From: Torpedo marmorata
Lineage: Eukaryota
Direction: 5' to 3'
DNA length: 64,000 nucleotides
Assembly: GCA_977017645.1 (NCBI GenBank)
Contig: OZ360234.1
Location: forward strand, 17,546,001 to 17,610,000
The number at the start of each line of letters is the position of its first letter. Positions within the stretch are counted from its first letter, which is position 1. The translations under genes and the position numbers were made by a program. Of the stretch, positions 1 through 11,918 are shown piece after piece. The notes under the pieces were generated by a model. It was not told the DNA's origin and searched no databases. It saw only the letters and a list, made by a program, of their open reading frames with translations.

Positions 1-1705
1 AAAGATCGATACAAAATTAACTAATCTATATAAATTAAATTATTTACCATTATTTGTGAATATAAAAAAGGATCTGGAGAGTTGGAAGGATTTACCTATA
101 ACTTTAATGGGAATGGTAAATTGTGTTAAAATGAATGTTTTTCTGAGAATTCAATATCTTTTTCAATCAATTCCTTATGAAATTCCTCAAAAATTTTTTA
201 AAGACTTAAATTTAATTATTAGGAAATTCTTGTGGAAAGGAAAGTTGACTAGAGTAGGTATGGAGAAATTAACTTGGAATTATGAAATGGGTGGTTTACA
301 ACTTCCTAATTTTCAAAATTATTATAAAGCAGTTCAATTAAAATTTGTTAATGAAATGTTTGATTTAGCTAAGTCTTCTGCTTGGATTAGAATAGAATTA
401 AATAATATAGGAGAAGATTTGAAAGAAGTTATTTATAAATGGAATTCCAAACTATTGTTAACAAGAGGGAAAAATTCTCCTAATTTTAGACATTTGTTAG
501 AAATATGGAATAGAGTGGATAGAGAGATAGGAGCGAAAGGGTCAATTTCTCGAAAAATGCCTCTGTATCAAAATAAACATTCCATTTACTGTTGATAATC
601 AATTATTTAAAATTTGGTTCCAAAAGGGAATTAAGAAAATAAATGATTGTTTTGAAGCTGGTAAATTTATTACGTTTCAAAGAATGAAAGATAAGTTTAA
701 TGTATCAAATAATACAATTTTTGCTTATTATCAAATCAGAGCATTTTTAGTTGAAAGGTTGGGCCATAGTTTGATTTTACCAAGACAGAGTGAATTGGAA
801 TTATTAGTTACTAATGGAGGTGTTAATAAATTTATTTCTCAAATGTATAGATTGTTACAGAGGAAAATGCCTAAACCAGGAATTCATAAATCAAGATTAA
901 ATTGGGAAACACATTTGAACGTAACAATAGATGAAGAACATTGGAAAGATTTATGTAAACAAAGTATGACGAAGATTATTAATGTTAGATACTGATTGGT
1001 GCAATATAATTTTTTTCATCAATTATATCTAACACCTAAAAAATTAAAGAAATTTAATCCGACATTATCCGGCTTATGTTTTAGATGTAATAGAGAGGAA
1101 GGTTCTTTTGTACACTCTACATGGTTTTGTCTAAAAGTATATGATTTTTGGTTGAAAGTTAAAAAGTTTTACACTCCCAATGGATCCTATGATATTTTTG
1201 TTTGGAGATATTAAAAGAACCAGTGTTAAAATGAAATTAAATATGTATCAAACAGAATTTTTACGTATTGCTTTAGCTGTTTCTAAGAAATGCATTGCTA
1301 TTACATGGAAATCTGATGTAGATTTAGGGTTAGAAAGATGGCATGCAGAACTTCGTTCATGTATACCACTTGAAAAAATTACTTATAATTTACGTAATAA
1401 ATATCATTTCTTTTTGAAAATATGGAGCCCATATATAAAAACTGTTGGTTTAAGGATTTGAAGATCTCCGGATATTGGATCTGACTGGTGAACCTGTGTT
1501 CCACAATAAAATTAGTTTAGTTGTTTTGTTTAGAGTGACATTCTCCTTACTTTATCCTTTTCTTTTTTCTTTCTTTTTTTCAGGAGGGTTAGGGAGGGGA
1601 GGGAGGGGGGGTGAAAATGTATCACATGTAATTTGATAATTTTGCATTTTAAACTCTAATGTGTGATTTAAAAATTTTAAATAAAATATTAAAAGAAAAA
1701 AATAA
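1..1705 (+). mobile_element. L1/Tx1-clade LINE, 3' part of ORF2 plus 3' UTR (decayed)
   Basis: ORF pieces 56-595, 684-995, 996-1214 and 1180-1461 give the L1 ORF2 C-terminus (WKDLPITLMG..VKMN, GGLQLPNF..YY, CFRC..H...C zinc knuckle, LEKITY..W.PY). They are broken by stops and a frameshift and followed by a T-rich/G-rich UTR and an A-rich end. Confidence 0.9.
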
Positions 1706-2533
1706 TAATTTGTAATACATAATCCAAGCACTACAGAGCAAATAGTTTCCAGGAAACTATTCATTTCAAACAAACTGGGTACCCTAGAGTCAAGAAAATG
1801 ACTGTACATGTATAATGTTTACAGGAAAGCTTGATAGCAGGTATAAAATATTAATGGTTCCTACAGAATGCTGCACAAGTTTAATGTGTGGAGAACATGT
1901 CAGCATGATGAAAGTCCTTGGAAAGATTCCAGGGATCAAACAAAAAAAACTATTAAGACAAGAACAAATTATGGATTGTTTGGATCATCAAGTTTGGGTC
2001 TCTTCTTCAGCAATTTAGGATCCTGAACTTGCCATTAAAAGTTTTTATGCATCTGAAATGTAATCCAAATAAAAGTTTTTCAACAGTAATTAATTTCATG
2101 TGGAAAAAAATGCTTGATTCAATGAGTAATTTGAAGATATTTTGTGGGCAGAAATGGTTGTACTGAGGATTACAAATCTGCTTCAGCCGAAATATGGGCA
2201 ATAGAGAAAGTTGTGATAAGGGAAGGATTGTTTTGGAGGTCTCATCAGGCTCCATCTAACCCCAGCATTACCAAGCACAAATACCAACTTCCCAACTTGA
2301 CCAGGAGGCATCTGCAAAATATCACATTCTATTTTGGAGTGCCTTTTCCAGTTGTGGATGAAACTCTTAATCACCAACTTGGTTTGAAGTCTTCACCCGA
2401 CTGTGTCACAGAGACAAACCTGAAGCTTGTGTTTAGAAAGCACTCCACAATATCAGGCAACATTTCATCCACTCCTTTATGAAGTGAAACCCTCTGCAGA
2501 TGTCAAATATAAAATGAACACCGACAAAGCCTT

Positions 2534-2642
2534 CACTCGTCAGCCTTCAATTGATTCACTTCTCTTTGATCGAAGCCATTTCTCCTTGCTTCTGATTTTA
2601 ATACACTGTTCAGAGAAAACCTCCCTTTATTGAATGGAAATC
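2534..2642 (-). CDS. possible terminal coding exon of an unidentified minus-strand gene
   Basis: Minus-strand acceptor tttttttttccag, then one open frame FPFNKGRFSLNSVLKSEARRNGFDQREVNQLKADE-stop in non-repeat DNA. No recognised homology. Confidence 0.2.
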
Positions 2643-4920
2643 TGGAAAAAAAAACATTCCTAAAGGGCTTGCCAGTGTACATTTCAATGACATAATTTCT
2701 CATTGTTCAAAACTCTAGAGAATAGAAGCCAAACTAGTCAAACTCTCCTATTACAGAGAGAATTGGCAGAAGATTGGCTTCTAGTGCTGATGGGTATCTC
2801 GAGGAAGCCAAGATAGATCATTTACTCAATACTTCTGGCTGATCATGGTTACAATTTTTTTTATTCCTTTCTCAAGCACTCACATGTTGGCCCTCACCTG
2901 ATGATGCTTACAGATACCTGATCCCATTAGCTATTTAAATATCTTCAATGGAAAGACAGCTTTGTTTCTACAAGGACTGTACTTTGGCACCCATGACAAT
3001 AATATCATGGACAACAGCACTGAATCAGGTAGGTCAGCAAGGATGAGGTCAAGGTTTATCCTTCATGCTGGTTTGCTCACAACATTCTACAGAACTAGGT
3101 CAGATAGATCACTTTCAGGACTTACCACTGACCAAATTGACCATCACCAAAGTGACTTGTTAATAGCCAATGAAGTTCTCATCCAGGTTGTGGCTTGGCT
3201 ACTTTCAGCACTGCTTTGAAATATGTTCAACATGGAAGAGCAGTGATTTAATCAGCTGATGGATGGCATTTAGGATTTTGTTAATTTGATCATGTTTGAC
3301 CCAATACTATGAATCTTCAATAAGTCTGAACTAAATAATAATGGTTCCCACAGCTCCACCCACCCCCCTCCCCTCCCCATACTTTATTGTATCACCACAA
3401 GTAGAGCTGTTCTCCTAGTGAGGAAGAGTGCAAATAGGGAGTCGAGTCATTTTGTACTCTCAGAAACATTTCTCCTATTCAAGCTCATTTCCAGATGACT
3501 GAAGGATTTTAAGGTCAACTGAATGTCCAATTATATTAATGTTATGTCTCCAAGTCATCCTCTCTGGTGTCTCTAATGTTATAAAATATGGTTTTAAATA
3601 TCATTCATTAAAAGAGTGCTTTGTTAAAGCAAATCTCAAGCCTCTAGTGAAGATATTCTACTGAATTTAATCTGTGGCCCATGTAGATTGCTGTGCTGCT
3701 CTATATTGATGATTGGATATTAGGCACCAAAATCATTCAACTTTAAAGACTTTAAATTCAACTTTAAATTCCAAATATATTTTGGATTTTGGTTTAATTT
3801 ACTTAGGGGCAAGCTGACAAGTAGAAAGGTTGTATCAAAGTATGCTTAAAAAGAACACACACAATTAAAATTGATGGGCCAGTTTATCATTGGTTCATAA
3901 CAAGCTACAGCCAAAATATCACAAGTTTCAAGTATTCGCATATTTTGGACCCTCAGCATTCTGATATGTCAGAGGTCTTAAGAAAGCTAGAATTCTGAGT
4001 AAATGCAGTGGACATTCCTAGAACATGACAGCATGGGCCCTTTGGTCCATAAAGTTGTGCCACCCTATATAAACCTACTCAACAATCTAAATCTTCCCTA
4101 CCTCACACCCATAACCATCTATTTTATTTCTGCATCCATGTGCCTGTCTAAGACTCTCTTCAATGTCGCTATTGTACCAGCACCCACTACTGTATGTAAA
4201 AGAACTTACCCCTGATGTCTCCCCTAAATCTTTCTCCCCTCACCTGAAACAGATGTCCTCTGGGACTTGCTACTCTCAGCCCAGGAAAAGGGTGCTGGCT
4301 GTCCACCCTATTGATGCCTCTCAAACTTTTAGACCTCCATTAAGTCACCTCTCATCCTTCTTTACTTCAAAGAGAAAAGCCCTAGCTCTGATAACCTTGC
4401 CTCACAAGACACGTTCTCCAATCCAGGCAACATCCTGGTAAATCTCTGCATGCTCTCCAAAGCTTCCACATCCTTCGTGTAATGAGGTAACAAGAACTGA
4501 ACACAATATTCCAAGTGTGGTCTAGCCAGAGTTTTGTAGAGCTGCAATATTACCTTACGACTCTTGAACTCAACCCTCACCTTCCCAGAGTAATGAAGGC
4601 CAGCATACCATGAGCCTTCTTAACTACCTATCAACCTGAGCTGCAACCTTGAGAGATCTATGGATTTGGACCCCAAAGAAACTCTGTTCTTCCACACTGT
4701 TAAGAATCCTGCCATTAACCATGTACTCCACTTTCAAGTTTGACGTTCCAAAATGCATCACTTCACACTTATCAAGATTGAACACCATCTGCCACTTCTC
4801 TGCCCAACTCTGCATCCTGTCTATATCCTGTTGTAACCCATGACAACCTTCTACACTATCAACAACACCTTCAATCTTTATGTCATCTGCAAACTTACTG
4901 ACCCATCCTTCCACTTCTTC

Positions 4921-4954
4921 TGACCTGCTGAGTTTCTCCAGCATTGTGTTTTTA
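4921..4954 (+). mobile_element. 34-bp Penelope 3'-end micro-insertion
   Basis: tgacctgctgagtttctccagcattgtgttttta matches the Penelope tail seen at about 22438-22472. It is flanked by the 13-bp direct repeat cttccacttcttc (4908-4920 and 4955-4967). Confidence 0.8.
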
Positions 4955-5149
4955 CTTCCACTTCTTCATCCAGGTCATTTATATATTAAAATAAATCACA
5001 AAGAGCAGGTGTCCCAGAACAGATCACCACAGAACTCCACTAGTCAGTGACCTCCAGCCAGAATACATTTCATTTACTACTACCCTCTGCTTTCTGCAGG
5101 TAAACCAATTCAGAATACACAGCCAAAAGGTTCCATGGATTCCATGCCT

Positions 5150-6097
5150 CTTTCAATCTTTTTATTGATTTTAATATAAAACATACAATAAACAATGGAT
5201 GGAGAGAATAAGGATACATGATTGAAAAGATTACAATACACAACAATCGGTACATAATAGTATCTTCATATCCCCACACTCAAAGAAAAAAAAAGAAAAA
5301 ATTCACATTATAGTAAAAACCCCCTATACTAATCTAATAAAGAAAAAAAAAACAAAGACAAAAACTGGAAAGCCTTGGATCAGCGATCATCAAACATAAG
5401 AAGCCTGATCCTCCTCCAAAAGAAAAGCTTAATGGTATCAGGAATGGACAATAAATCAGAGAAAACGTTAGAAATTATATCATACGAAAATATTGTATGA
5501 ATGGGCGCCAAGTTTCTTCAAATTTAACGGAGGGATCAAATGTAGCTCTTCTAATTTTCTCTAAATTCAAACAAGCCGTGGTTTGAGAAAACCATTGAAC
5601 TATAGTAGGTGGAGTGGGGTCCTTCCATTTAAGAAGAATTGCTCTCCGAGTCATCAGGGTGGTAAAAGCTATCATCCGATGAGCAGAAGCCAGACAACGA
5701 CCAACATCTGCTCCTAAAACTCCAAAAAGAACAGTTAAGGGATTTGGTTGAAAATCAATTGCGAGGATTACTGAAAAAGTACCAAAGACATCTTTCCAAT
5801 ATCTTTCCAGAACCGGACAGGACCAAAACATATGGGTCAATGAAGCCACTTGCGAATTACACCTATCACAGATTGGATTAAAATTAGGAAAAATACAGGC
5901 ACGCTTGTCCTTGGACATATGCGCCCTATGTACTACCTTAAATTAAATAAGGGAGTGTCGAGCACACATTGATGAAGTATTAACCAATGTAAGAATCTTT
6001 TCCCACATCTCTGCAGGAAAATACTTTTGGAGCTCCTGCTCCCACACCCTTTTAAATTTTTCAGTCGAGACTGGTCGCAATTTTAATAACATATCAT
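5150..6097 (-). mobile_element. 5'-truncated L1 inserted in CR1
   Basis: ORF 5475-5918 has CDRC..HMFWSC and LNLEKIR..W.PF; 15-bp TSD atggattccatgcct at 5135-5149 and 6098-6112. Confidence 0.9.
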
Positions 6098-6112
6098 ATG
6101 GATTCCATGCCT

Positions 6113-6432
6113 TGCACCCCCAGGTTTAGGAACAGCTGCTACCCCTCTACCATCAGAATCCTCAACGACAAAGTCAAATCAGAGACTCATTTAAGGACTC
6201 TTACTCGTGCACTTTATTAAAATTTTCTTTGCTCTCTCTGTATTGCACATTTTCATTTTCAGTTTCATTCGTTACCTATTAGCAGTTCTTTTGATTGTTT
6301 ACATGTTTACACTGTGTACAGTTTACTTTTTGCACCTCCAATTAGTGGTAATTCTGCTGCGCCCGCAGGAAAAAAAGAATCTCAGGGTTGTATGTGACGT
6401 CATGTATGTACTCTGACAATAAATCTGAAATC
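6113..6432 (+). mobile_element. Rex-Babar LINE 3' fragment
   Basis: End of ORF (RFRNS.YPSTIRILN) and tail gacaataaatctgaaatc, the same tail family as 17490-18150. Confidence 0.75.
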
Positions 6433-7396
6433 GTTGCTTTCTGAATGAGTCTACTATGGAAGAACTTGTTAAATGCCTTACTAAAATCCATACACACACC
6501 AACCGCCCTACCTTCATCAATTTCTTTTGTCGCTCAAAAAACTCAACTAGGCTCGTGAGGCACGACCTGCCCCTCGCATAGCCATGCTGACTACCCTGAG
6601 AAAACTATGCTTCTCTAAAGGCTTGTAACTCCCATCACTAAGAATCCTCCACTAGTTGACAATTCCCAGGAATCTCCTTATTGCCTTTTTAAAAAAATAA
6701 AAAAAAATAGATTACATTTGCCATTTTCCAATCCTCCAGTAACTCCCCTATGACCAGGCAAGACGCAAAGATCATTGCCAATGCCCCAGCAATCTCTTCC
6801 CAAGGTCCCTCTCTCTAGGAAACCATGAAATAACGTATTCATTTAGGACCTCCCCCATTTTCTGCCTCCAGGCACATATTCCCCCCTTTCTCCTTAAGTG
6901 GCCCTAACTTCACTCTCATCATCCTTCTGTTCTTCACGCATGCATAGAATACCTTAGTGTTTTCCTTAATCCCACTTGCCAAGGCTTTCTCGTGCCCCTT
7001 TCTAGTTCTCCCAAGTCCTTTCTTAAGTTCCTTCCTGGCTACTATACAATTCTTATGAGCCATTTCTGATTTTTTGCTTCCTAAACCTTATTATGCTTAC
7101 TTTTTCCTCTTAACTTGCTGACTCACCTCTTTTGTCAACCACGGTTCCCTTATCCTACCATCTTTTCCCTGTCTCAGTGGGACAAACCTATTCAGAACTC
7201 CAAACAAGTGGTCCGTAAACATCCTCCACATTACTTCTGGGCATTTCCCCAAGAACATCTGTTCCTAATTTACACTCCCCAGTTCCTGCCTAAACCCATC
7301 GTAATTTGCCATTTCCCAATTAAACACTAACATTTTGTTTACTATCCCTGTCCATTGCTATGCTAAAGGTCAGTGAGTTTTAGTCACTGTCACCAA

Positions 7397-8226
7397 AAAA
7401 TGGCGGTGCTGCCAGAGCCACTGTACCGGCAGCGCTGCCACGGACCCGCGGGGAGCAAGGAGCGGAGATACAGCGCTCCCACGGGGTCCAACCGTCCAGT
7501 CAACTGCCGTCAGCTCCGCACAGGCTTTGAACGGCCCGTTAAAGGAGCCGACTGTAGTTTTATTTAAAATCCCGCAACCGCGGGGTCTGCGCCCAAGATG
7601 GCAACGCCTCTGATCGGCAGCAGCCACGAGGGGTTGCAGACTCCAGGGGAGCGGAGGACTGGCGCAGGGCACCAGAAAACGGGGAGACCATTCCCCGTCT
7701 GAGAAGGAGAAGCAGAGGAGACGACCCATGGGACGGTGACCACGGCAGCGGACCAGTGAGGGGGCTCTGCGGCTGAAAGACCAATGCATGCGGTGGGCTG
7801 CTGGCGACTCGAGGCGAGGAACCCGCGGAGGCTGTGGGCTGCTGGAGACTGCTGTCGGGAGACTCATGCCGAGCTGTGGACTGCTGGAGACTGGGTGAAG
7901 GGGTACCAGGTATTGGAACCAGGATGCAAGGGGGTGCCGAAGGCGCTGAAGGGTTCATGACCGTGTCGGAGGTTCGGATCTGGAGCCCGGGTTGCCAATG
8001 GTTTGAACTGGACTCTGTGGCTGCGGAGGCTGTGGAAGCGCTGGAGGCGAATCTACGGACACTGGGTGACTCTGGGGGGGGACTCTCTTTTGCTTCTCTT
8101 TCTCTGACTGTAAGAGGTGCTTCAGGCAATTTCTGCCGATGGCGAATCTGTCTGTCTTACAGCAGGCAAAAGCAATTTTGTGTAATATGACACTGTTTTA
8201 TTGCATGACAATAAATTGAATCTTGA
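7397..8226 (+). mobile_element. GC-rich non-autonomous retroelement, copy 1 (about 830 bp)
   Basis: Starts aaaatggcggtgctgcc and ends gacaataaattgaatcttgaa. It interrupts CR1 and is colinear with four other copies in the window. Confidence 0.85.
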
Positions 8227-11200
8227 AAATGCTTCCCCACCGAGAGGTCTGTCACCTGACCAGGTTCATTACCCAGTACTAGATCCAGTATGGCCTTTCC
8301 TCTCGTCGGCTTGCCCACATACTGTGTCAGGAATCCTTCTTGTACACACATAACAAATTCTGCCCCATCTATCTCTCTTGCAGTAAAGAGGTGCCCCAAA
8401 TATTTGGGAAGTTGAAGTCTCCAATAACAACCCTGTTATTTTTGCACCTTTCCAAAATCTGTCCACTTATCTGCTCCTCTGTATTCTGAGTGCGATTTGG
8501 GGGCCCATAGACTACTCCCAATATAGTAATCGCTCCCTTCCTGTTTCTGAATCCACCCACACTAACTCAGTAGACAATCCCTCCACAACACTCTCCCTTT
8601 CTGTAGCTGTGATACTATCCTGATTAAAAATGCCACTCCACACCACTCTTTTACCTCCCTTCCTATTCCATTTGAAACATCCAAACCCGTGTCTGCATCA
8701 GCCAATTCTATCCTTGCATCAGCCAAGTCGCTGCAATGGCCAAAACATCGTAATTCCACATACTGATCATCTCCTTTATTCCCAAAGCATCTTGCATTGA
8801 AGTAAACACATTTAAACCCTTCCAACTAACTGTATTTATCCTACTCCACTGCCTGTCCTTCCTCACAATTTCACTATGCATTGTATCAACCTTTTCACCA
8901 TCTGCTCTATTCTCTGCCCTATCAATCGTGTTCCTATCCTCCTGCCAAACTAGTTTAAACCCTCCCCAATAGCTCCAGCAGATTTTGCTGCCAGGATATT
9001 GGTCCCCTTCCAGTTCAGGTGTAACCCATCCTTTTTCTACAGATCATACCTTCCCCAGAAAAGATCCCAATGATCCAGCAACCTGAAACCCTGCACCAAT
9101 TATACAGCCACGCATTCATCTGCCATATCATCCTATTCTTACCCTCACTGGCACCTGGGAGGCAACAAACCATTCGGGTTTCTCTTCGTGCCCATAGAAT
9201 CTCCTGTCTGCCCCTCTATTGAATCCCCCATCACTACCACTCTCCTTTTATCCCTCCTTTCCTTCTGAACCACAGGGTCAGGCTCAGTGCTAGAGACCCG
9301 GTCACTACGGCTTTGCTCTGGTAGGTTGTCCCCCCTCAATACTATCCATAGGAGTATACTTATTATTGAGGGCAACAACCACAGGGGTACCCTGCACTAC
9401 CTGCAGCTCCAGTTCCCTAACACTGTCTGAAAGGAGTTGCAACGATGCATCTCATGCAGATGTAGCTACTAGGGAGATGGCAAGTCTACCAGAATTCCCA
9501 CATCTCACAAGTTGAACACTCCACTAACCTGGTTGCCATTCTGACTATTCTACCTTGGCACTAATACAAGGTCAAAGAATAAATAATAAACTCTCACCAG
9601 TCTTACCTTAGCCACCTCTTCTTGCCGAAACCTCTCTAGCTAAAGCCTCAACTCACCACTCCATCTCACACAATGGCTGCTCTGCTTATACCTCTCACCT
9701 TCTTAAACTGTCCCGCTTCCGCACACTCTCCTTCCAACTCCCGTTCGCTGGAAAAGCGAATGTTCAACGCTAAGAGATGCCCAAATGCCCCACTGACGTA
9801 TCCCCAAGGAGAAAAAAGTCAGTAGTCAACCTTCATATTGTTAATGACTCCAAGATATTGGCATATAACTGATTAGTTGAGGATGCAAAGAATGTGGAAG
9901 TTTTAAAATTCAGATTGTGCACTAAACAAGAAGGACATGGGAGGCTTCAGGGAGAAAAAGAAAACACTCAAGATCTGGAATTCCCTTCATAAACTTTTTC
10001 TTGTCTCCTCCTTTCAGAACGCCATAGCCAAGATGATGAACTGAATGCTGCCTTTGCACTGCAAGATTTTATTACTAAAAAGGATGCAAAAAGGGAAGCA
10101 TTTTCAAAATGTATGGACAGCATCTTCTCACTTCAGTTTTTGGGCTTGTGTACTAAAAGGGAGGATAGGAAAGCAGATGATTAATACCCGTACATAGAGC
10201 CACATAACCAAGTGACTAACTAGTGCCATTGACTGCAGACAGCCAAATAAGCAAAACATCTGGGAACAATCGGTTCAAGCTAAGTCACAGCCTATTTTGC
10301 TGTTCCTTGCAGTACCATCTGTTACAACCAGACAACAAATTGTTTCAAGCTCCAATACAATGACACATTTTTTAGGTGAAATATTTCAGCAGCAGTAAAT
10401 GAAGAAATGCAGTTAGCATTTTAATTAGAGACCATGTCCTACATACCCAATCACGTGCAAAAAAAACAAGATTTAAAGCAGCTGTGTGTTGAAATACAAA
10501 TGTTTCAGTCCATGCCCTTGTTTAGATCCAGCCTTGGCTAAAATATCGAAAATGAAGAGTTAGAGGAAATTCCAAATCCATTCTGAATAACTGACAGGCC
10601 CAAGGCTTGTTTTATCAATGTCACTTAGGACTCGCAGATGGCACATGGTATGTCCAGCAGGACAAGTGTATTTCTGCTAGAGATGATGGGAGTGGCAGAT
10701 GATTGAAGTTAATACATTGGGGAAGCAAAATAGAACCAAAAGCCAAGCAGTTGGTTTATTATACAATAGGCAGCCTGGCAACCTGCCAAATCAGAGGCCA
10801 ATTAAAACTCATGCTAGTGTTCTCCCCTCATTTAAAAATTTCAAACAATCTTTTTGCCCTGAAACTGATATCATAAATTCTCTCTTACTTGGACTTGTTC
10901 AAATAAGACAAGCTTTAGGTTCTATTCAAATACATGCTATCCAGATTCATAGTTAATAACCTGCTGATATACCAACTTCAAATGAATAAATGGTCTAAAT
11001 ATGATGGGGATAAGGTGCCAGCAAGAGCCCACAGTTATACTTCAGGCAAAATAAGGCCAGGTTGTAGAACTTGACATGAAACATTCATGAGTGGACAGAT
11101 TTACACTCTTCATAGAAACAATCATAATACATTTTCTCAAGCAGCAAAGTACACCAAGTCTTGAAGTGCTTAATAAACACTCACATTAAATTGATGCATT

Positions 11201-11538
11201 CATCAACCTGGCCCAAAACAGTGTCAATGGAAACCTTGCTGTAAAATCCCATAAAGGTAGTTGCTCTCACACAATGCTCAGATATAACTTGTCAATATTC
11301 AAGCCTACAGATGCTGCAAAGCAGCCATAAGTTGTGGGCTACCCTGAAATCTGTCATTATTGGTACCCATGAAGAGGCTCTTGGCTTCTCTGAAAGTTTT
11401 ACTTTTATTCAAGGGGGAAAAAAAACAAAAAACAAAACACTCTGTTTAGCAGAAAATCTGGGACCTAAAGAACACTTGGTGGATGAAGAGAACACAGGAG
11501 AATCAGCAGCTCCCTGACAGCTATGACACGTGTGGGTT

Positions 11539-11918
11539 TGTAGCCGACTGCTACGAAGAAACACACACACGCAGTGTGGAAGGTTAAGCTCTCTCCTTTA
11601 TTGAGGCTGGAAATGCTTCTTTTATACAGTTGGAGTTCCCGCCGTTTGGTTGATTGGTTGACATCAGCCGCATGAATGACAATAGCAGGCAGGAACGTTC
11701 TTGCATATGAATACCCTTTTTCCCCAGCCTGGTATTGATCTGTTAGCTGGGCAGCTTGGCCAGCGCCATTTTAGGGCTGCTGGTCTTGTACTGCTCCAGC
11801 TTTCAACCGCGCCAGTTCGCTATGCTAAGGGTCATGTTACAGTGTGTTATGCCGCTGTTTACTACCACGCGCGCCGCGCGATATGCTGGCTCGATCTCCG
11901 CGGTGGCGGGCCACCACA
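11539..11918 (-). mobile_element. solo LTR (Gypsy-type)
   Basis: TG...CA termini, 4-bp TSD ggtt (11535-11538 and 11919-11922), and minus-strand CCAAT, TATAAAA and AATAAA in LTR order. Confidence 0.8.

Larger units (their letters stand above)
4015..9750 (-). mobile_element. near full-length decayed CR1 LINE hosting several nested insertions
   Basis: RT pieces VSKFADD..LQQDIDR..WAEKWQM.FN.DKC and LYKTL.RPHLEYCVQF; endonuclease pieces VVIGDFNFP and ILDLVLGN; ORF1 remnants MATRLVECSTCEMWE (ATG at about 9539) and esterase-like VVVMGDSI. Confidence 0.88.
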
